This document shows positions 44,701-49,048 of a stretch of 64,000 bases of DNA, piece after piece. The position numbers and the translations under genes are program-made. Under the pieces are notes generated by a model that was not told the origin of the DNA, searched no databases, and saw only the letters and a list, made by a program, of their open reading frames with translations. The number at the start of each line of letters is the position of its first letter. Position 1 is the first letter of the stretch. The DNA comes from an uncultured Acidobacteriota bacterium (GTDB taxonomy: Bacteria > Acidobacteriota > Thermoanaerobaculia > Gp7-AA8): NCBI GenBank assembly GCA_963741955.1, contig CAVUKB010000004.1, positions 64,001 to 128,000 of the forward strand, written 5' to 3'.

Positions 44701-47253
44701 AACCCGGAAGCGCCGCACTGGATCCGGAGGCAGAGTCTGGGCGGAGGAGTGAACTTCCACAAGCTGATCACGCTGGGAACCGACTACCTGATCGGGATCA
44801 CCCCGCAGGGGAACAACGATATCTGGATCATCGACCGGCGGGACATCAACAACCTTCGGGTGGTGGCGCAGCTGTTGATACCCGGGATGACGGCAAGCAC
44901 GGCGAGGCTCGAGGGAAACACGCTCTACGTGATCCAGCGCGGCGGCGGTGCGATTGCCATCGTAGACGTGACCGATCCGACGGCGCCGGCTCTCGACAGC
45001 GTCGAACAGACGCGAGGGCTCGCGTTCGGGCTCGATTCGAGCACTTCTCTCGTCGCCGTCGGCGAAGGATCTCCCGGCACGACTCTCATCGACACGACGA
45101 CCCCATCTTCGCCAATCGTCCTCGGTTCGCAGTTCCTCGGCGGAACGACCTGGGACGTCAGATTCGCGAACGGAGCGGTCTATGCGGCGCGGGAAGTCGG
45201 CATTGCGGTCATCGAAGACTTCAGCACGGTGGCACTCGCCCGATCCCCACGGCCGTTCGCTTCATCGAAGGCGGTGTCACCGGTAAGGCACGACTCGGAG
45301 GTGTTCCTTGCTGACCTCTCGAAGGTTTCGATAGTGCCCGGACACGGTGTCGTCACTATCCGAGGATCCGCTGCCGCGATGGCCGGTCCCGCGCCGCTGA
45401 CTGTCGAGATCACGAACGAGACTCTCGGTACCTCCGTCCCGATCGTGCCGGTCGCCGTCGACGGAAGTTTCGAAACGAACCTCGTTGCTGCACCCGGCGA
45501 CCACCTCACCCTACGCGCGACGTCCGGGACCGGCGAGACGACTGCTCCCCTGGATCTCGGTCAGGTGCCCCACTTTGCCCCCCCGGAGGGTCGCGTTCCA
45601 AACGAATCGTTCGACCCGGCGGGAGTGGGCCGAATACCGCGCTCTGCAGCCGCGATCGCCGCGGATGCATCCCCCGAGGAGCGCCGGCTTCCAGCCGGCA
45701 GCGGTCAGGCCTCTGCGCCTGACCGCGAGCGACCGCGCGACGACCGGCGGATGCTCGATGCGACACCGATTGCGAGATCTCACCGGTTGTCGTGGCTTTC
45801 CCCGCGAACGCCGATCGCATTCGCCATTCTCCCGAGCCTCGAGCCTCGAGCCTCGAGCCCCGCGTCTCTCACCCCGAGCCTCGAGCCTCGCGTCCTGTAC
45901 CTTCATCCTGGAGCAGCGATGACCTCACCCTCGCAGAAAGATGCAACCATGGATCAGCGTCAGAGAACCGCAGACTCGATGGCGCATGGTTCGACGCTAG
46001 GTAGCCGAACCCTGTTCGCGACTCTGATGCCACAGGGCGAGCAAGTGCGGTGCAGGTTCCCGTCAGAATTGAGCGAGCCGCTACAGTCGTGGCTCGCGAC
46101 CGCGGCTGTGGTGCCAGAGAGCGACGATCTCCACGCCGTGCGGCGTGATCTGATAGTAGAGCCAATAGCCGGTATGCCGAAGGATCAGCCGTTGAACCTG
46201 TCCGCTCCGACGGCCGTGAACGACTTGCCCGATCGACGGGTGTCTGCGAAGCATCTCGACCGCAGCGCTGATCTCCTGCTCCAGCAGTGTGGGTGCCTCG
46301 GGACGGTTCTGGTTCCACCACTCCAGCGCACGCCACGTCTGTCGCGCGGCGCGCGGAGCGAAGGTGACCTGCTCGATCAATCCGGAAGCCCTGACGGTCG
46401 ATGCTTCAGCACGTCTTCAGCGGGGATCCCTTCGCCTCGCCTCAACTCGAGCTGCGCCTGCCAGATCTCCTCGTCCTCTTCGTCGTTCAGCTCGTACGCC
46501 TCGTCCGGCTCGATGACGTTGATCTCCACCGAGGCACCCTCCGGGAGTTGTGCATCACTCTCGATCCGGATCTGCCCATCCACGATTCTTCCCGTCAGTT
46601 TCATCAGAGTTCCCCTTGCCGGCAGCATCGGCTTTACCCGGAGCAACCGGCGATGCGAGGAGGTAATTCTGCAGAACCCACTCTCCGCATCGATCGGCGG
46701 TCGCAATGTCCCTGATCTGTTTTCGGGGCGCGGGCGTAACCCGCAGCCGGACGTTCACTCTCTGGCCTCGAGCTCATCCAGAAACGCCCGGGCATCAGTG
46801 GCTCCGCCTTCACTCGCCGCCGCCACCGCTTCACGAAGCCAGACCTTCTCTTCATCCGTCAGCGTGACGGGCTCTTCCTCCAGCAGCGCGACTTTGACCA
46901 GCTGCCCTTCGGGAAGCGCTTCCGCATCGACATTCAGGCGCCCATTGACGACACGAGCGGTTGTGATCCTCATGAACTCATCCTACTCCCGGCGCGGAGC
47001 CTGCGCCACCAATCAGAACGGTGACTTTCCGTCGCGAACGACGCGGGCGAATTCCATTGGACTTCGATCTCGCTCCGGCGAGGACCACCGGCCTTCATCC
47101 GACAGCGCTCAGGCTTCCGCACCTCAGCGCGATGAACCGCGCGACGAGCAACCGACGTACAGAACGACCCCGACCGCGTGTTCACCCCTCCCGGCCTCCG
47201 GACGGCGCGCGCGGTTGTCGGCACAAGTCACCGCAATTTTTGGGATCTCCTAA
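29743..47253 (+). CDS. Giant-1: secreted protein of 5836 codons with carboxypeptidase-regulatory-like and Ig-like repeats, Gly-rich domains and LVIVD-type repeats; protein-like sequence ends near 45575 and the tail is truncated by ISL3
   Basis: Signal peptide, repeated G.V....G.P..GA.V...T...G.F modules, SbsA/Big_5-like PADGA..V.PD...FTFS, GGSHGG/GGGGGRV blocks, YAYVA..L.V.DV..P repeats; the current stop lies inside the IS end. Confidence 0.9.
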   Translation: MAFRSRNRIASAALLALLAVLLPVRSALADSITSADLQIQGASLELVTTTATVQRGTPAVIRTRFGGKEGDEAPSVEGVVAQGDLTGPGIDAPITVTTAPGHAFQIAGLTQEGVYYLQNVRLNRDGQLLQVAVPSTAVIQVTNALQTTVTVRQLTPDELRARGITVDPSNYDVYEYTFSFLVNGQTVEVPYPVIINRTTREATPVTRENPYQLPTDVSTLPPRWGEMPGIIPTEFAPRIDLPTPPPQLDDSGPSVERPSIHAAIVIPNSLAVLHQFFLVGLLVTNGAPDGSSVTLDGITATIDAPNQLRVVKSDPPSTAGGAVTITEPSTGQTFLVAQAQGNAEWTLEGLHAGTWTVHLDVRATFHSPGQPDIELEATPSATVVVHDARFNVTFSHPETIRKGLQYSTYTFITNVSDSAQDVVLSDDAVPLCTQGTYVSNVCRAEGTPSSFSLHLEPGETKSIEYKLQSNLTGYVFATAASIDGSDSAITSAAFDLSMGVSPTGVPLSPVTLVLPYYARPPWLSQNFLDAQLGLLGVGYSLATAPFTKQTAKFPRIVTTDVFTRAVDIARAGERIFIGEDPRDALANLSLDLLGNQSPLPEWDQFRRQEEADPAGDVARNAANALGNEISTAFGADGTFTDLASRIAGAAGYRDPWFLASVRGPSSSGSSPLHLKLSSPDGSMSGTGSAASWVRTIPRGEILPLSASAESGELALVGSSPGAIDLEITASEAVSGTLDLVFPSADGTSLIHASAPVNAAAGQVFTLSIRNGLVTSGDLAFLTDTPVVEPLRIVAARQDLHLDADGHVVTVLLNRPLENPPSDFVPLFDTDVSLDAAKFGVGYSGKRALAGAALQADGRTIRLNYDSALSGDASYVIHTTGIVDPASPSDVVPQVELRDSALILGTVIDGSNLPIPGADVRIATFTGIQWMTADADGRFLFEYVPRIIDGPEVGGNYHLEAYANQKKAELDGTVRLLHTLNFVNISFLGRGSAEGYVRYDNGEPVSGATVVVGSTMFNQFRRTTTDAAGHYAVTDLPVGPLTFSAQDADGNVAFAAGEIRSAGQAVLQDISIYRRPFPGTGTVRGRIVRSDDGTPVAGAHVGVYSQGYGLRDAYTGSDGKFEFTSVPSGFVTVLAEDYQVAPQSIAVDFDLKTDEVHETGDLALAIASGVTYVQVEGDVTTEDPLIPGSYAPVPGAIVQISGLPAAVADASGHYTYASVPQSFSGRKIRGYDPSTGRMAEVPLPSLNAGTNAVPIVIPRDAGSGTGTIRVHLLAADGSPVVGYHVFESGFPTLESVEKENGVYEFAGVQVGRRLTPIMATPPGGYDSRYGYQFTSGTASVSFPEQISTLTLRLPGQGSVRARIQQQTEAGVLIQIAGQLKLRLRRWSDVVQGVKLVEVTASTDGSTDAVFDQVPAGEDHLLETFDSVGYDSDNVRINYDGEVASRTLTLSSLSSVRGHVFTIDGFTPVPGAAVRLVDSAQDHGWITTGLDGSFEFRNVTSGSGFTVTAEWTQNGIFRTARLTGTTPVNGGRIDDLSLVLMRQGSVEGTIVDAGGAPIPFALFWIRELDFPSRTFGSKSEPLKADQNGRFRVNGIFAVPFRIDARDPINDQLTGAWSGRIDDEGQVVTPTITVGGAGVGTVRVVVVDPNASYAPVANAEVSLVRESTLFDFATTDGTGTVVFQGVPAAQTYTLDAYSKALAKSGSASSFTVAADSTLEEQITLVFSGEVTGTLSDPENASAPIAGASVTLHGDHYDTRTSTLGSGAFVFGGVREGMFRLEARDPLSIRRATGTGAVSTAQPTVIVDLQLEPTSILTVDAFLPDDAGNPSSTLAPLVTIDVSQHSLGGAYLRSSQTNGAEFPGLLRGVSYDVVVHEIGGLQRVVGSSGTFDANTATKTLNLVFKATGSVIVHVMQGSPAAPAPNVRVTASSVGSSISGYTDANGTVTLNGVPLGTSVSLQATTGGISPLTGAGSVSLASQSQPAEATILLGSYSGVTGYVEAEEGGASQSTRVLAIYDGVTLETRTDVTGRYTLQGIATPLAGIDVRLTYLGPDDQTIGATQSVHLANGAGLVEAPAVRLDSTPPHLDSIFPADGASSVAPDTQLRFTFSRAIQSNQLNNGYFQLFEVATSAQVSLTLASAVLQPDGSEIVSFAPPLPPPGQTFPLRSKTLYRIRVSGQLQDTAGHALGADLGASFTTSDYSNPQVVKVEPSPKLPLTKQGLRFGVTFSKPLDPAPWQAGGSGVMQLVRIDAIGGQPVGTPVTGTIQLDPDTAATLWFGPGETLSPASFYRLSISGVKDTEGRGLVDDHGAPLSVWTQDFFTYDETAPVVTLTPPLLNGVAIGEADPLYTGVLYTFPLSATNPDGSAATDLARVDFFVVDDSGHETLLGNHPLASVALSLPSGSTSFTLKAVATDLSGNVSAPATRSWSVQEIPALSIAATSFAPATIYAGNTVTETILIAGGALDATVSVNVTAEGSPTTVASATQALHRAAFGDPWSPVALELPIPSGVAAGSLLHFVATVVDARGVPLSRDDAIQLAADAGAPSIDTPTIEVVHSTVSGSPVDRFNGGDTYRVHVLTSDAETGISSVVFHVDGVDFTVTSGVWRSDLSRWEFVSPTITAEARNNDTTIQIAATAHDFGGNDATSATQITYNGLHDPNAPTVGWIQPLDGAAWPASHAGFTTRLRVYARSALPLAGTFDVPGAGTVTAIRGTDELYADLTSFDTPAAGTTLDIVAHVNDGDGGHAVDLPISVHLVDVTQTIGSGQTIAVDATHPLSGDSIIVDGGQLVPHIPLALSNLIVMNGGVVKTVRSTTTADQKLDLTVSDHLYIDAASSIDVTACGYLGGHQQNFDLTGTNDDARGMTLGRTVEGGTQPGASASYAGLGGEPQSGLTNPVYGSITDPSDLGSGGGAASATGGSAAGGQGGGATSLTAPSGARVAIAGVILANGEDGVGRGGAGSGGGISIHVDSIVLGAASRLAANGGDDDAADQTSRGGGGGRVAISATSLLDIDTANPPHVKARGGRNRGGEIASALDGGAGTIYLRAPGATDGMLEVSSLDPRYPTSIHLTRPTPLSDATGALSFDAMAVGPRALVRADAQLTIGGVTDDVSKAAVDPTAVLVLQNQQPSISLSTTPGEGSSLIQGSSLNVTYDATSLSGVGEVRLQWSPVTPDRVDPFTSYPADTGFKGAALAIPVDAVAGSTATLALGATDRAGRSVDSAPLSYTIVANSAPVIDRFDVTAPSPLYPGARVTVTIDAHDDLSVTKLALDSQIGSGVVNTQSVTPNTSAILQNFTIDIPKDIPAGATTLTLTLSVEDAFPARSATVQTQTLTITPDTAAPTVQITAPATGALFNEGSGNTIHVVATATDVETGIAQITATIESGTTASMTATGNPNEYATDLPVPNVVGDQDVTKQITVTATDYATHSTAMMLPVTIHPLVDPTAPVITWACGTTGAMFPVGYTAQLSITATPPASGNAVESVTFFDGTNSYPATQNGTTWSISYVIPDVGDGTAIPISVTATAQGGAAADAQTSITAIVADKTITSDTTILDGDATYDNQTVVVEGGSLTLDGDHTFTRFIVLSSAVVTHLPTNASGEHHLGVTADRVFVACGARVDITARGYSGWTNGQAATWPNRFDNGSSGYSGGSHGGIGGNYSGTPAPVYDSVYEPHEPGGAGAGSPNSQGGGVVRIDSSTLTLDGSIVANGTVDGGSYAISGGGAGGTVLIHTGSMSGVGQISADGSTGLWQTSGYYAPGGGGGGRVAIYHRNPLEFDESKISALGGHGRPSGAAGTIYLCTVDQAGAKVSNKLVIRNVETGRTTELPSLGAGRISAFDATTGVILTDRPTEIPSYLVGNGVKIWAADGSTLKGYSNLRSVLFDSSSGLASFSLNSGDIGSLALQPTDQWRGVYRVDELSVDGAVLLSEDLLESGNPPELTHGGSIEGSNEAAPSVDASRISLLLSSIGYSVVGTVGAVADPDQPVHVTVTNERSGDSWETTAESDGSFAVVVNGQMDDAISLQARDSSYFAMTSGTIEVGTLPADAPASSSVDPAAWGVDAAFRVRSVAAGWHRLLVGGRPFYAGSWSGHSDNLAILDTTNTASPGLIGKLSVGNGWIRDILVRDDKAYLACDDLRVIDLAGPVPTVAVPDRAVSGNAMAVAVDGGNAWVSSDQGDGRLTLFDVTDPFHARFVVERSMMSGVTFTGLFDPGPNYLIATSPNRTNSGTLGHDVVVIDRRNSTAPTIAADLDIPAFDARSGVLVGNLLYLAGFDTGFAIVDVSDPAHPVTRSVNPIGYVRGVYVAGTDAYVTVGTRLEMFDISDPMTPVLEGITDLPGDGWEIERTGDMLYVAADTTLSIVSASPSPSVDAYLFTVNGPTGVAEVHGQPNAIVGVAPLTVELRDVARGSSTAGISVAADGSVDGSIAAQPGDEVEVIATDSLGRSSLVVTIGSVPFGTGDVTVPITYGMTNNDVNFRARLLEVEGTNLITTGWHDTDKVVRFDLTDPRSPGYVETINVGNGKIWDVALRNGYAYVAASYLRVLNLNVTPATEFTPDAGSLNTAVSVAVDGTYAFVGADGTSGWIQILDVSNPEAPHWIRRQSLGGGVNFHKLITLGTDYLIGITPQGNNDIWIIDRRDINNLRVVAQLSIPGMTASTARLEGNTLYVIHRGSGNGVAAVDVTNPASPTLLWTSATGGLGFGLDVAGSTLAVGDGSSGVSLLDASGPGGATLKGTQTLPGTSWDARFANGALYVAHETGISVISGVVAPPVIDVSGITVAQTSGGGLVNGGVRSVTGTGALSVTLRNETSAATSSSVAVSADGSFSATVSGVPGDRISVTVTDDSGRSTGPTVIGAIPFGGAITTVPITYGMTNNDVNFRARLLEVEGTNLITTGWHDTDKVVRFDLTDPRSPGYVETINVGNGKIWDVALRNGYAYVAASYLRVLNLNVTPATEFTPDAGSLNTAVSVAVDGTYAFVGADGTSGWIQILDVSNPEAPHWIRRQSLGGGVNFHKLITLGTDYLIGITPQGNNDIWIIDRRDINNLRVVAQLLIPGMTASTARLEGNTLYVIQRGGGAIAIVDVTDPTAPALDSVEQTRGLAFGLDSSTSLVAVGEGSPGTTLIDTTTPSSPIVLGSQFLGGTTWDVRFANGAVYAAREVGIAVIEDFSTVALARSPRPFASSKAVSPVRHDSEVFLADLSKVSIVPGHGVVTIRGSAAAMAGPAPLTVEITNETLGTSVPIVPVAVDGSFETNLVAAPGDHLTLRATSGTGETTAPLDLGQVPHFAPPEGRVPNESFDPAGVGRIPRSAAAIAADASPEERRLPAGSGQASAPDRERPRDDRRMLDATPIARSHRLSWLSPRTPIAFAILPSLEPRASSPASLTPSLEPRVLYLHPGAAMTSPSQKDATMDQRQRTADSMAHGSTLGSRTLFATLMPQGEQVRCRFPSELSEPLQSWLATAAVVPESDDLHAVRRDLIVEPIAGMPKDQPLNLSAPTAVNDLPDRRVSAKHLDRSADLLLQQCGCLGTVLVPPLQRTPRLSRGARSEGDLLDQSGSPDGRCFSTSSAGIPSPRLNSSCACQISSSSSSFSSYASSGSMTLISTEAPSGSCASLSIRICPSTILPVSFIRVPLAGSIGFTRSNRRCEEVILQNPLSASIGGRNVPDLFSGRGRNPQPDVHSLASSSSRNARASVAPPSLAAATASRSQTFSSSVSVTGSSSSSATLTSCPSGSASASTFRRPLTTRAVVILMNSSYSRRGACATNQNGDFPSRTTRANSIGLRSRSGEDHRPSSDSAQASAPQRDEPRDEQPTYRTTPTACSPLPASGRRARLSAQVTAIFGIS
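43108..44936 (+). repeat. Near-identical 623-bp intragenic duplication (43108-43730 and 44314-44936)
   Basis: Offset 1206 bp; by eye a single C/T difference (QLSIP vs QLLIP). Confidence 0.93.
46081..46380 (-). CDS. RelE/ParE-family toxin, antisense within the giant-1 tail
   Basis: VTFAPRA...WW..NRP.AP, HPSIG, Y.LYY...VEIVALWHHSR. Confidence 0.85.
   Translation of the reverse strand: MIEQVTFAPRAARQTWRALEWWNQNRPEAPTLLEQEISAAVEMLRRHPSIGQVVHGRRSGQVQRLILRHTGYWLYYQITPHGVEIVALWHHSRGREPRL
46377..46604 (-). CDS. Putative antitoxin
   Basis: MKLTGRIVDGQI...LPEGASVEI, acidic C-terminus; 4-nt overlap with the toxin. Confidence 0.78.
   Translation of the reverse strand: MKLTGRIVDGQIRIESDAQLPEGASVEINVIEPDEAYELNDEEDEEIWQAQLELRRGEGIPAEDVLKHRPSGLPD
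46700..46758 (-). pseudogene. 5' remnant of a second RelE/ParE toxin
   Basis: MNVRLRVTPAPRKQIRDI resembles a ParE N-terminus, overlaps the stop of the upstream antitoxin, then loses similarity. Confidence 0.5.
46755..46973 (-). CDS. Putative antitoxin, paralogue of 46377-46604
   Basis: MRITTARVVNGRL...LPEGQLVKV...LTDEEK; same layout as its neighbour. Confidence 0.75.
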   Translation of the reverse strand: MRITTARVVNGRLNVDAEALPEGQLVKVALLEEEPVTLTDEEKVWLREAVAAASEGGATDARAFLDELEARE

Positions 47254-48826
47254 CAGGTGTGTAGCAGAGTTCATAGGCCGAGAGGATGGAATGCGATTGC
47301 TGACGTACAGAGGAACGCCATTGCGATCAGAGCTTCCGCGGTGTGAAAGCCGAAAGCGCGGTGACTGAGCATTCGGATCTTGTTGTTGCAGCCTTCAGCA
47401 ACTGCATTCGTGAGTCGATACTCGAAGTAACGGCGGATGCCAGGCCATTTCGCCGCGACGGTTCGCGCGAAGCGAACGAGGGGTTGAATGCGGCTATGAA
47501 CCGCGGACTGATACCAGCGCTTGAACCGTCGATCAGCTTGGCGGACGGACGAGGAGTCATAGATGTCCTGAAAGGATTCCTTGACCAGGTAACTGCGAAA
47601 GAGGGTGTGATTCATCCGCGCGAGCTCCGAGAGTTTCGCCTCCTCGGCATCACGCAGGTTCCAGGGGTTCTTCAGGAGGACGAACCGAGTGGATTTGAGA
47701 GCGGAGCGCTCCTCGCCGGTGGCCTTTCGCATCTCGTCCCGCCTCACCTGATCGATCGCATTCCCGAGGAGTTGGACCACGTGGAACCGATCGAAAACGA
47801 CCTCGGCGTTCGGCAGTCGGTCGCGAACAGCTTTCTCGAAGGCCGCGCTCATGTCGATGCTCACCAGACGGATTCGCGCGCAGCGCTCGGGGCCGAGCAG
47901 ATCGAACAGCCCGTCGAGAACCTCTGCACTTTTACCCTTCGCCGCCCAGATCATCTGCCCGGTCTCGTGGTTCGTGACCACGGTCATGAACTTCTTCGGC
48001 CGCCCCCAGCAGATCTCGTCGATGCCGATCCGGGTCAGATTCTCGAGCGCGTTCGGGTCGCGTTTTTCGGCAACCACTCGAGCGGCGATCCGTCCGGCCG
48101 TGAGCCAGCTGACCTTGAAGTACGCCGAGACCGCGGTTTGATTGGATCGCTGCAGAAACCAGGCAAGCTCGTCTTCGAACGCGCGGGTGAACATCGAACC
48201 AGGCCGTGCCCACGGAACCGCGGCCGTTCGCACCCCGCAGCGGCGGCAACGCACCCGCGGCAGATCCGCCCGCAGCATCACCCGGCATCCCCAGAGGCCG
48301 AGATGACGCCATTCGCGATGCTTCATCACCGTTCCGTGAAGCTCGGGAGCAACCCGTCCGCACCCTCCGCACCGCGGACGTCTCCACGTTGGACTCACGT
48401 CGAGATAGAGACTCCGAGCTTCGAACCGAACCCCGCGAACCGTTACGTTTGCCATGTTGAGCAACTTCCGGAACAATGTCGTCAGGCGCACCGTGCCTGT
48501 CCTCCCCGTGTCTTGGTTTCATCGACTACAGACTACGGGAAATGGGCAGCACGGTTCGCCGATTCCAACCTGCTATCGCTGCTTCGATCTTCACCTCTCC
48601 ACGAGCAGCGACTTTCGGGGCTCCTTCAGATCCTTCCGCGACGGCGGGGCAAGTTGTGGGAACGGCGGAAAACGCGGCGGCCGGGTGGCGGCGTTTTCCG
48701 CGGTTTCCACAACTTCGCTTTCCGAACGCTTCGGCGAACACCGACTTGCTCCTCGAAAACAGCCGCGTCGCCGTTCCTGCATGCCTCCGACAATCATTCC
48801 GCACCTACACACCTGTTAGGAGAACC
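47243..48826 (-). mobile_element. Complete ISL3-family insertion sequence, 1584 bp
   Basis: 22-bp IRs GG(A/T)TCTCCTAACAGGTGTGTAG; 8-bp TSD AATTTTTG at 47235-47242 and 48827-48834. Confidence 0.96.
47271..48491 (-). CDS. ISL3-family transposase
   Basis: CxxC...CxxC zinc finger, IGIDE, VSIDMSAAF, FDRFHV, TNAVAEGCNNKI...AFGF. Confidence 0.96.
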   Translation of the reverse strand: MRLTTLFRKLLNMANVTVRGVRFEARSLYLDVSPTWRRPRCGGCGRVAPELHGTVMKHREWRHLGLWGCRVMLRADLPRVRCRRCGVRTAAVPWARPGSMFTRAFEDELAWFLQRSNQTAVSAYFKVSWLTAGRIAARVVAEKRDPNALENLTRIGIDEICWGRPKKFMTVVTNHETGQMIWAAKGKSAEVLDGLFDLLGPERCARIRLVSIDMSAAFEKAVRDRLPNAEVVFDRFHVVQLLGNAIDQVRRDEMRKATGEERSALKSTRFVLLKNPWNLRDAEEAKLSELARMNHTLFRSYLVKESFQDIYDSSSVRQADRRFKRWYQSAVHSRIQPLVRFARTVAAKWPGIRRYFEYRLTNAVAEGCNNKIRMLSHRAFGFHTAEALIAMAFLCTSAIAFHPLGL

Positions 48827-48842
48827 AATTTTTGCCGGCCCT

Positions 48843-49025
48843 CCGAGCCTCGAGCCCCGAGCCTCGAGTCCCGCATCCACTCTTCCGAGCCTCGAGCCCC
48901 GAGCCTCGAGCCCCGCGTCTCTCACCTCGAGCCTCGAGCCTCGAGTCTCGAGCTCCGCGTCTCTCACCCCGAGCCTCGCGTCCCGAGCCTCGAGTCCCGC
49001 GTCTCTCACCCCGAGCCTCGCGTCC
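48843..49025. repeat. (CGAGCCT)n heptamer array of junction cassette copy 2 (copy 1 at 45832-45892)
   Basis: Both copies are followed by CCTGGAGCAGCG-ATGA-C(C/T)TCACC(C/T)TCGCAGAAAG. Confidence 0.9.
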
Positions 49026-49048
49026 CGCACCTTCAGCCTGGAGCAGCG

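Noticed and set aside
48476-49048. ORF-track start of giant-2 at 48476
   Set aside because: Lies inside the ISL3 element and the heptamer array; ATG 49049 has an RBS and the ATGA overlap
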